Shown here: positions 1 to 16,800 of the stretch, in pieces
Position numbering within the stretch: the stretch's first letter is position 1
Layout of the letters: each line of letters begins with the position of its first letter
Assembly: GCA_950097015.1 (NCBI GenBank)
Contig: CATNEN010000007.1
Location: 12,896,001-12,960,000, forward strand
Direction of reading: 5' to 3'
DNA from: Macrostomum hystrix
Lineage: Eukaryota; Animalia; Platyhelminthes
DNA: 64,000 nt
Notes under the pieces: model-generated
Told to the model about the DNA's origin: nothing
The model's input: only the letters and a program-made list of their open reading frames with translations
Database searches by the model: none
Program-made: the position numbers and the translations under genes

Positions 1-330
1 CTATGACCAGAAGCACTATGATGGGTAAAAGTGGTTAAAAGCCAAACAGCTTTTGCCCAAAATCGTTATGGCCAAAATGACAGGTTACCCAAATTTAATG
101 AAATTTGATGGCTCTGGCTAGCTATATCTAAAAAAATTAATTTTTTAATTAACTTTAGACAAAAATGTATAAAAACAGTAATTTTGACTCGCTAACTAAC
201 TTATATACTATTTATTGTAATTTTAGCTTTTTTGTCACATCGTGATTGTTATTCTAGCTAAGCTTTGTGCTCTCTAGAATACTTGTACTTTTTAGGTTCC
301 TAGTATATATCAATTCAGGAAATGAAATGA

Positions 331-6167
<5,837 letters not shown>

Positions 6168-6537
6168 TGCATCCACCTCACCGACCACTGCCCTGCATCA
6201 TACGTGCGACCGGCCCCCCTCACTTACATGATAACATTGGCCTTCTAGTGGCCTCCGTGCCTTAGGCGGCTGACATTCGCTGCTGCAAAAATCAACTGTA
6301 ACTAGTGAACTGCTTCTGACCTCTTGCTATAAGTTGTGCGAAGCTATTAGCTATTCGCTTGTAAGCTTTAAGCATGTATGCAAGTTTTGCAACAGCTGCA
6401 ACAAAGACGAAATTTCCGAAATCACTGCCGCCTAACCAGTGATTGATACTTTTTTGGGCCTCAGCAACTCGGTCTCATACTGGTCGTTCCATGGAAAGAG
6501 CTCTTTCCTCTCACCTGCGTGTTCTCAACACTGAAGA

Positions 6538-6784
6538 CCTCAGCTACTCCCTCAGCTACTCCCTCAGCTACTCCCTCAGCTACTCCCTCAGCTACTCCCT
6601 CAGCTACTCCCTCAGCTACTCCCTCAGCTACTCCCTCAGCTATTCCCTCAGCTACTCCCTCAGCTACTCCCTCAGCTACTCCCTCAGCTACTCCCGCAGC
6701 TACTCCCTCAGCTACTCCCGCAGCTACTCCCTCAGCTACTCCCTCAGCTACTCCCTCAGCTACTCCCTCAGCTACTCCCTCAGT
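6538..6784. repeat. 12 bp minisatellite (CTCAGCTACTCC)n downstream of KAP3
   Basis: About 20 direct copies. Confidence 0.95.
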
Positions 6785-7305
6785 CTCACCTTGTCCTTCT
6801 ACGGCCTCATCTATCCCGACTCATCCTAGATGATTTTTTCATGACTGAATACCTTATATCCTGTCTGTTCACCGACGCGTTTAGTGTGAGGCTTGTGAAA
6901 TCATATTCTACTGTTCCTGTGCATACATGTACGCAGTAATATCAGATTATGCATGTCCACAAATTCTCTAATTGGCTGTCGTCCTGAATTTTCTTGACAA
7001 TATGATAGATTTTTTTATTTCTGTTTCTTCTGACGCTCTAATGCAGCACCTTCTGTGTGCATGTCACACCTGCTGCTATTGCTGTTGGATTTGTTCTGTC
7101 TATCATGAATGCCTCAAATTAACAAATAAATGTGAACGTTCTGAGAAGCGTGCTCTCAACACTAAAGCGCTGTGATACCCGTCACTTCTCTGTACATCTG
7201 ACTTGCTGCGATTGGCTGGGCTTTTGCTTTGCAGCACCACGGACTTAAAGTCCTGAATTCCTAGCCAGGCTCGACTTCCTCTTTATAAGGCCCCGTAGAA
7301 TAGTG

Positions 7306-8196
7306 CAGGAGGGACAGTGAGCCGTTCGCAATTCACAGCCGGTCAGGTTCTCCCACAGGAGGGACAGTGAGCCGCTCGCAATTCACAGCCGGTCAGGTTC
7401 TCCCACAGGAAGGACAGTGAGCCGTTCGCAATTCACAGCCGGTCAGGTTCTCCCACAGGAGGGACAGTGAGCCGCTCGCATTTCACAGCCGGTCAGGTTC
7501 TCCCACAGGAGGGACAGTGAGCCGCTCGCATTTCACAGCCGGTCAGGTTCTCCCACAGGAGGGACAGTGAGCCGTTCGCAATTCACAGCTGGTCAGGTTC
7601 TCCCACAGGAGGGACAGTGAGCCGTTCGCAATTCACAGCTGGTCAGGTTCTCCCACAGGAGGGACAGTGAGCCGCTCGCATTTCACAGCTGGTCAGGTTC
7701 TCCCACAGGAGGGACAGTGAGCCGCTCGCATTTCACAGCCGGTCAGGTTCTCCCACAGGAGGGACAGTGAGCCGCTCGCATTTCACAGCCGGTCAGGTTC
7801 TCCCACAGGAGGGACAGTGAGCCGCTCGCATTTCACAGCCGGTCAGGTTCTCCCACAGGAGGGACAGTGAGCCGCTCGCAATTCACAGCTGGTCAGGTTC
7901 TCCCACAGGAGGGACAGTGAGCCGCTCGCAATTCACAGCCGGTCAGGTTCTCCCACAGGAGGGACAGTGAGCCGCTCGCATTTCACAGCTGGTCAGGTTC
8001 TCCCACAGGAGGGACAGTGAGCCGCTCGCATTTCACAGCCGGTCAGGTTCTCCCACAGGAGGGACAGTGAGCCGCTCGCAATTCACAGCCGGTCAGGTTT
8101 TCCCACAGGAGGGACAGTGAGCCGCTCGCATTTCACAGCTGGTCAGGTTCTCTCACAGGAGGGACATTGAGCCGCTCACATTTCACAGCCGGTCAG
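7306..8196. repeat. 60 bp tandem repeat, about 15 copies, between KAP3 and the glycosyltransferase
   Basis: Unit GCCGCTCGCATTTCACAGCCGGTCAGGTTCTCCCACAGGAGGGACAGTGA with its flanking bases aligns line to line at 60 nt; mainly three variable positions. Confidence 0.95.
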
Positions 8197-8538
8197 TCCC
8201 TCGCTTGTGATTTAATTTCGGCTCTCGGTGTATTTGAGCAGTAAAGGCCTTAATTGAGCCTTGATTGAGCGGCAGGTCCTCAGCTTATCAGCAGTTGGCC
8301 AAGGCAGGCAGGCAGGTATTAAACTGACTAGTGCCGGAAGCATTAAAAGTGTTCTGTAATTTCAGTGAGCAGCGGTCTGTAACGTAGAACTCATGCAGAG
8401 TAGGCTGACCAAACTTCAGTTTGAGCATGTTGACTCAGCCCGCTGCGATTTCGCCTAATGAGGAGGTGATTGGCGCAGCCCCACTGTGCTATAAATGCGC
8501 TTTCCTGCCCTGCTCTTCACGGACAGCCTGTGCCAGCG

Positions 8539-10437
8539 ATGAGCAGAAGGACAAGCCAGCGCTGCCTCACTCTGCTGCTCTGCGTCTTTCTGGTGGTGGT
8601 GAGTTCTGCTAGGCTCTGCAATCACCCGATTCCCAACCGAGGTTGCCTGCATGCCATTGTGGATTGTTTCAGGGAATAAATGAATTTTGGTGAATGTTGA
8701 ATGAGCTGAAACACAGAAACAGTCTTATTACACAAAATCACTCAGTTTCAGATACTGCCCTAATGTTCCTTGAATACCTGATATAAACCCAATTACCTGC
8801 AGGGAGCTCTGCTCTACATTAATAGAGCCGCACTAGGAGGCAGCGAAGACAATGGGCCGAAGCTGCCGCGAATTCTGCACCAGGTGAGCGAGTCTGAGAT
8901 GGTCTTCAGCGATTATTCAGTCGCCATCGAGTCGTGCAAGAGGCTCAATCCCAACTGGACCTACGTCCTCTGGCGGGACACGGACGCGGAGCTGCTCATC
9001 AAGGAGCACTTTCCCAGCTTCTACCACACGCAGTACACAAAGTACACAGATCGGCTGCAGAAGTCCGACTCCATTCGCTACATCATCCTGTACCTGTTCG
9101 GGGGTAGGTACTAGCACGTCTCACTGGTGTGCACTGAATCCCCACTCACCTGGTGTGCACTGAATCCCCACTCACCTGGTGTGCACTGAATCCCCACTCA
9201 CCTGGTGTGTACTGAATCCCCACTCACCTGGTGTGCACTGAATCCCCACTCATCTGGTGTGCACTGAATCCCCACTCACCTGGTGTGTACTGAATCCCCA
9301 CTCACCTGGTGTGCACTGAATCCCCACTCACCTGGTGTGCACTGAATCCCCACTCACCTGTTGTGCACTGAATCCCCACTCACCTGTTGTGCACTGAATC
9401 CCCACTCACCTGGTGTGCACTGAATCCCCACTCACCTGGTGTGCTTCGCCTGTCCATCTCAGGTGTGTACGCTGACCTGGATGTGGAGTGCGTGCGGCCT
9501 TTCTTTCCGGACTTGGAGGGCGAGGTCTGTTTCCTGGACCAGGAGAACCAGGCTCAGACGCAGGTGCTGTGGGACACGGAGAAGTCAGCGATGAACTCTG
9601 TAATGGGCTGCCGAGCTGGGCACCCCTTCATGCTGGACCTCATCCGTCGCATGGAGCAAGTGGTCGATAACCATGGTCAGCAATGACGCCAGCCAGTTGC
9701 TGGCTTATTTGGCAAGGCTTGAATTGGGAGCTTTTTATGAGAACAGTAAACTCAGCAAGTTAGAAAATTCTATTATGAAGCCCTAAGAAGCTGGAGTGCT
9801 TAGAATACGAGCATTCAATTCAGTAAATTCAACTGGCTACTTTCCGTGGCCCTTCAAACACTCGCTCGGAGGCAGTCCAGAGCCCATGGAGCAGCCATCA
9901 TCCCTTTCAGACGTGATGATGAGCACGGGACCCCGGATGCTGACCAAGGCTCTGCTCGAGTGGACAGCGAACGGACGGCAGCGGCAGCGGGCGAATAGCG
10001 TCAGACTTATGGACCCGGACGTGTTCTCGCCGCATGTGGACAATGCCGATATGATCATGGAAGTCTGCAGAAACAGATTCGGAAGTGAGTCGGAGTCAAG
10101 AAGCGCCAATTCTGATAGGCTTCATATTTGGCACAAAGCAAACCCAGTGTGACTTCCTTCTTTCACATCCGCAGGACCGCTGAACAATGGCGACAACTGG
10201 GTGGACCGCGCCTGCCGCGACTTGCAGCTGGCCGGTCTCAGGGATAACTTCACCGACAGGACGCTGGCGGTGCACTGGTTCATGCACCTGGGCTGGTTCC
10301 CCAAACACTTACGTGAGGAAAGGGATCGGTTCAACATCAGCCGCCTGGTGCCCAAGGTCCGCTTCTACCGGCAGCATCGCGACCAGCTTCTGGAGCTCAT
10401 TGGCGCGCGTCCTGGCAGGCGTGGCCGCGCGAACTGA
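8539..10437 (+). CDS. Type II membrane DxD glycosyltransferase, GT32/Gly_transf_sug family (SUR1/CSH1/Och1-like), about 336 aa
   Basis: Exons 8539-8598, 8803-9103, 9463-9675, 9911-10084, 10175-10437 (1011 nt, phases close). N-terminal TM anchor, then LPRILHQ, NPNWTYVLWRD, SDSIRYIILYLFGGVYADLD (DxD), GHPF and STGP motifs. Confidence 0.85.
9119..9444. repeat. 26 bp minisatellite, about 12 copies, glycosyltransferase intron 2
   Basis: Unit CTCACCTGGTGTGCACTGAATCCCCA fills almost the entire intron 9104-9462. Confidence 0.95.
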
Positions 10438-10871
10438 TTTGCTACTGAAATATTCAACTCATCTTTTTCCCCGCTAACTGCATGTCGGAGAATTCGAATG
10501 AATTTTAGCTACTAATGCTACGAATATGTTGCCCTCATGTAGGACCGCTGGTGGGAAGATTATGCGGTACTGACTAACACTAAGTACTCGTAGTAAGCAG
10601 CTGTACGTCTACTCTTGGTCACAGTCCAAAATTATGCAGCAGCAGACGGGGTTCCGTGCACGGAAGTCATGCTCAAGGTTCCGTGCTCACTATAATTCTA
10701 GTTAAAATACGAGTATATACTCGTACATTGAATTCGGGCAACAACCGGCACAATTGAATTTGCTTCAGTTGCTTTAAATACTTCGTCTTTTGGAACCGTA
10801 AAAGACGGTTCCATGGAGTACATAGAAGCACATAGACATGAGGTGCTGGAGCTAGAAAGGTGCTGGAACCG

Positions 10872-10958
10872 GTAAGGAAGTAAGTAAGTAGGTCAGTAAG
10901 TAAGTAAGTAAGTAAGTTGGTCAGTAAGTAAGTAAATAAGTAAGTAGGTCAGTAAGTC

Positions 10959-11006
<48 letters not shown>

Positions 11007-11518
11007 GGTCAGTAAGTAAGTAAGTCAGTAAGCAGGTCAGTAAGTAAGTAAGTAAGTAAGTAGGTCAGTAAGTAAGTAAGTAAGTAAGTAGGTCAGTAAG
11101 TAAGTAAGTAAGTAAGTAGGTCAGTAAGTTAGTAAGTAAGTAAGTAGGTCAGTAAGTAAGTAAGTAAGTAAGTAGGTCAGTAAGTCAGTAAGTAAGTAAG
11201 TAGGTAAGTCAGTAAGTAAGTCAGTAAGTAAGTCAGTAAGTAAGTAGGTCAATAAGTAAGTAGGTCAGTAAGTAAGTCAGTAAGTAAGTAAGTAAGTAAG
11301 TAGGTCAGTAAGTAAGTAAGTAAGTAAGTAGGTCAGTAAGTAAGTAAGTAAGTAAGTAGGTCAGTAAGTTAGTAAGTAAGTAAGTAGGTCAGTAAGTAAG
11401 TAAGTAAGTAAGTAGGTCAGTAAGTCAGTAAGTAAGTAAGTAGGTAAGTCAGTAAGTAAGTCAGTAAGTAAGTCAGTAAGTAAGTAGGTCAATAAGTAAG
11501 TAGGTCAGTAAGTAAGTC

Positions 11519-11558
<40 letters not shown>

Positions 11559-11986
11559 GGTCAATAAGTAAGTAGGTCAGTAAGTAAGTCAGTAAGTAAG
11601 TCAGTAAGTAAGTAAGTAGGTCAGTAAGTCAGTAAGTAAGTAGGTCAGTAAGTAAGTAAGTAAGTAAGTAGGTCAGTAAGTAAGTAAGTAAGTAAGTAGG
11701 TCAGTAAGTCAGTAAGTAAGTAAGTAAGTAAGTCAGTAAGTAAGTAAGTCAGTAAGCAGGTCAGTAAGTAAGTAAGTAAGTAAGTAGGTCATTAAGTAAG
11801 TAAGTAAGTAAGTAGGTCAGTAAGTTAGTAAGTAAGTAAGTAGGTCAGTAAGTAAGTAAGTAAGTAAGTAGGTCAGTAAGTCAGTAAGTAAGTAAGTAGG
11901 TAAGTCAGTAAATAAGTCAGTAAGTAAGTCAGTAAGTAAGTAGGTCAATAAGTAAGTAGGTCAGTAAGTAAGTCAGTAAGTAAGTC

Positions 11987-12022
<36 letters not shown>

Positions 12023-12146
12023 GGTCAATAAGTAAGTAGGTCAGTAAGTAAGTCAGTAAGTAAGTCAGTAAGTAAGTAAGTAGGTCAGTAAGTCAGTAAG
12101 TAAGTAGGTCAGTAAGTAAGTAAGTAAGTAAGTAGGTCAGTAAGTC

Positions 12147-12197
<51 letters not shown>

Positions 12198-12434
12198 CAG
12201 TAAGCAGGTCAGTAAGTAAGTAAGTAAGTAAGTAGGTCAGTAAGTAAGTAAGTAAGTAAGTAGGTCAGTAAGTTAGTAAGTAAGTAAGTAGGTCAGTAAG
12301 TAAGTAAGTAAGTAAGTAGGTCAATAAGTCAGTAAGTAAGTAAGTAGGTAAGTCAGTAAGTAAGTCAGTAAGTAAGTCAGTAAGTAAGTAGGTCAATAAG
12401 TAAGTAGGTCAGTAAGCAGGTCAGTAAGTAAGTC

Positions 12435-12486
<52 letters not shown>

Positions 12487-12814
12487 GGTCAATAAGTAAG
12501 TAGGTCAGTAAGTAAGTCAGTAAGTAAGTCAGTAAGTAAGTAAGTAGGTCAGTAAGTCAGTAAGTAAGTAAGTAAGTAAGTAGGTCAGTAAGTAAGTAAG
12601 TAAGTAAGTAGGTCAGTAAGCAAGTAAGTAAGTAAGTAGGTCAGTAAGTCTGTAAGTCATTAAGTAAGTAAGTAAGTAAGTAGGTCAGTAAGTAAGTAAG
12701 TAGGTCAATAAGTAAGTAGGTCAGTAAGTAAGTCAGTAAGTAAGTCAGTAAGTAAGTAAGTCAGTAATTAAGTAAGTCAGCCAGTAAGTAAGTCAGTAAG
12801 TAAGTAAGTCAGTT

Positions 12815-12846
<32 letters not shown>

Positions 12847-13108
12847 GGTCAGTAAGTCAGTAAGTAAGTAAGTAAGTAAGTCAGCCAGTAAGTAAGTCAG
12901 TAAGTCAGTAAGTAAGTAAGTCAGTCAGTAAGTCAGTAAGTAAGTCAGTAAGTAAGTAGGTAAGTCAGTAAGTAAGTAGGTAAGTCAGTAAGTAAGTAAG
13001 TCAGCCAGTAAGTAAGTCAGTAAGTCAGTAAGTAAGTAGGTAAGTCAGTAAGTAAGTAAGTAAGTAAGTCAGCCAGTAAGTAAGTCAGTAAGTCAGTAAG
13101 TAAGTAAG
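10872..13108. repeat. (GTAA)n compound microsatellite with GTCA/GTAG variants and higher-order duplications
   Basis: 2.2 kb array; block 11041-11280 is repeated exactly at 11281-11520 (240 bp). Confidence 0.97.
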
Positions 13109-13807
13109 ACACAAAAGCAACTACTCGCAGGTCTGTGTCAAGTCATTTATTACTCGGGCGGCAATAGCTGACAGTTCCTTGACAGCTGCAAGCGCTGCCA
13201 ATGAAAATACACAAGCGCAGCTTTAAAGTCGGACTCTTTAGAAACAGAATGAGTGGCACTGTGCAATGAACTACAGACAGTCGTTCGATTGATCGAGGCT
13301 GAAGTATTTTGAATAATTCAAGACATAATCTGTCAGCGTCTGACTCGCAATGCTCCATCCTACTGGATTTCATTAATCAGGTCTGAATGAATTTGACAGC
13401 TCTGTGCCCATTGTTGACAAGCTGAGGCCGAAGTGCAGGGAACTCAAAAGCCTAGCTTGTAATGAAGGCGGGATGCACGCACATCGGGCCTAATGAAATC
13501 CGTCTCGAGCTGCGTACAGTTTCAATTTGAAAACAAAATCACAGAAGCTGGAACTCGGGCTGCAGGCTGTCATTATTGATTTCCGGGCACACTCAGAGCT
13601 TCCGGTTGCTGACTCTGGTTGAAGAGTGTCACAACAGAAAGTAAGCGCTGCTAGGACGGCCGTCACATGGACTGCTTGAATGCCGCAATCCCATTTGCTA
13701 GGCAGTCTGCAGCCCACCTGCCAGAAACTATTGCAAAGCACAAATAGTTCGCATCGAAAGGTCCAAGCGGAAACTTGGGCCCAGAAGTTAGCGCTCAGTT
13801 GGCCAGC

Positions 13808-16800
13808 TCAGAAAGCCGTGTCCTCGGAGGCTCCAGCAGGTCGACGCTGCGTCTTAGTGCGCACAATCTGCACGCTGGAAGTGCCACCAGGAGCAGAAGC
13901 CGATGCGGCCAGAAGGCGCCTCAGGGGAATCTCCAGTCGAGGATCTCCAGTCTGCTGCGGCTCCCGCCGCGGTGTCCGCAGGCTCACGTAGAGTCTGGAC
14001 ACCGAACCGGAGCCCCCGGCCGATGCCGTGCGGATCCGCAACCGTGGCTTCTGGCTGCACCGCCTGTGATAGGGACATGAGGTGCGGGAGCTAGAAAGGG
14101 TCAGCTGGACAGTCACATAGACATGAGGTGCGGGAGCTAGAAAGGGTCAGCTGGACAGTCACATAGACATGAGGTGCGGGAGCTAGAAAGGGTCAGCTGG
14201 ACAGTCACATAGACATGAGGTGCTGGAGCTAGAAAGGGTCAGCTGGACAAGCACATAGACATGAGGTGCTGGAGCTAGAAAGGGTCAGCTGGACAGTCAC
14301 ATAGACATGAGGTGCTGGAGCTATAAAGGGTGAGCTGGACAAGCACATAGACATGAGGTGCTGGAGCTAGAAAGGGTCAGCTGGACAGTCACATAGACAT
14401 GTGATTGTGAGATGCGGGAGCCACATGAGGTGCGAAGGACCGGAGGTTGGGCCATCGATTGTTGAATCGCAATCTGCTAATCTAGCTAAAAGCGAACACC
14501 TAATCACCTAATCACCTAATCACAGTCCGCCGGTATGCAGCCTGCGCTAGAAGACTGTTAATAAAAGCCCAAACTGGATGCACAAGCAGAATTTGCATTT
14601 TTCTTCTTTCACACGCAGAGTTCCGGATTTTAATTATAGAGGCCGACACTTTCCCACGCTGGAAAATGACACAGTTATTCTAAAATTGTGAGGCTCTACC
14701 AGATTGTGGATTCAGGATGGCAATCATTAAGTTTATCAGGTAGAACTCTGTGCCTCCGTGGTTTCTCAGTGTGGCAAAGGAAGCAGGTACTTTCTTAGCT
14801 TTTGACTTATGGGCAATTATGCACTATATTAGTTGCTTGCACTTTATTAGTTGCTATAATCCTTGACCTAAGTTAGGGAAATCATCTACCTGGCTATTCG
14901 AATCGATGAGCTTTACATATTTCTGGCAACCATAATCCACTGAGAGTCTTCGATTTGAATAGCTGAACTCACCATACTTAGTTATTGCCTTGTACAGTAG
15001 CGCCTTTTATTTTAGCCGGGCTTCACAGCTCGCACCACAGGTAAAAACTGTCTACTAAAGGACCGAATCTCACCAGCAAAACAGCAGCATGAACTGGTTC
15101 TTGAAGATGGTGTTGAAGGTGAAGTACAGGATAAAGTTGCAGGCCGAGTTGAAGCAAACGAACACGTCCGTGATCTCACGCACACCCCGAACCAAGTAGC
15201 TTTCCTCCACGAAGCCATAGTTGAGCACGGAGCTGAGCACAGCGTCCGGCAGGATGCTGAGCGTGAACACGAGCACCACTGTGAGCAGCATGATGGTGAT
15301 GCGGTGCCGCCCCATCAGTCGACGGCGGCTTCGTGACCGCCGCAGGGCGCGCACAATGAAGGCATTGAGGCCGATCAGCATGGCCAGTGGCACCAGGAAC
15401 CGAGTGCCGTAGATCAGCCAGGTGTACGGCTTCCGGTACGGGCTGGCCTGCCAGCGCTCGGTCTCCACCACCAGGTGCCTCACTGCCTGCGCAGTGCCGT
15501 TGGCCACCAGCTCGATGCAGCGGATGGACTCGTAGCGCATCAGGTGCGGCAGGCAGAGCAGCGTCAGCAGCGAGCAACTGGTCAACACAATCAGCTTGGA
15601 GCCACGCAACGTGCACAGGCGCTTGGCGCGGCTCGGAGCTGCCACCAGAATGAAGCTGCAAGATTAGAAAACGGGGGCTTTTGTGTAGAAAGTGCTCTTA
15701 TTGCTTGTCCTCTTACCATTGAGAATCGCGAAACGGAAATGGGCCAGAGTTATGCGAGAGCGGCTGTTTCAAATACACGCTGCATACTTCACGGTATCTC
15801 CCAAACCGAATGACCGATTTTCCTGAATATCCATCATCTGAATCAAAATTTTCCACTCTTTACGATGTACTAACTTTCAAGGCCGTGCGAGTCAGCACCG
15901 TCGTGATATTCAGCGATTATTACCGAAGACCCTTGTGACAAGGACATATAACATTGCTCTGTATCAAACCTCTTTGGCGATGTTTTTTGATTCTGGAAGC
16001 TGTTTAATCGGATAGAACGGAACATTTTAGCCCGTGATTTCATGGCGATTGATACATTTTGGGAGATACACAAAAATAGGAAATGAGGCCCGTGATCTCA
16101 TGGCGATTGATACATTTTGGGAGATACACAAAAATAGGAAATGAGGCCCGTGATCTCATGGCGATTGATACATTTTGGGAGATACACAAAAATAGGAAAT
16201 GAGGCCCGTGATCTCATGGCGATTGATACATTTTGGGAGATACACAAAAATAGGAAATGAGGCCCGTGATCTCATGGCGATTGATACATTTTGGGAGATA
16301 CACAAAGATAGAAATGAGGCCCGTGATCTCATGGTGATTGATACATTTTGGGAGATACACAAAGATAGAAATGAGGCCCGTGATCTCATGGCGATTGATA
16401 CATTTTGGGAGATACACAAAAATAGGAAATGAGGCCCGTGATCTCATGGCGATTGATACATTTTGGGAGATGCACAAAGATAGAAATGAGGCCCGTGATC
16501 TCATGGTGATTGATACATTTTGGGAGATACACAAAGATAGAAATGAGGCCCGTGATCTCATGGTGATTGATACATTTTGGGAGATACACAAAAATAGGAA
16601 ATGAGGCCCGTGATCTCATGGCGATTGATACATTTTGGGAGATACACAAAAATAGGAAATGAGGCCCGTGATCTCATGGCGATTGATACATTTTGGGAGA
16701 TGCACAAAATAGGAAATGAGGCCCGTGATCTCATGGTGATTGATACATTTTGGGAGATACACAAAGATAGAAATGAGGCCCGTGATCTCATGGTGATTGA

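Noticed and set aside
7306-8196. CRISPR-like regular array
   Set aside because: Whole 60 bp units repeat with only point variants; there are no unique spacers or cas genes, and the context is eukaryotic. The same applies to 16030-17243.
10791-10813. 9 bp stem hairpin TGGAACCGT-AAAAG-ACGGTTCCA resembling a terminator
   Set aside because: Eukaryotic locus, no U-tract, and a single short hairpin is expected by chance in 64 kb.
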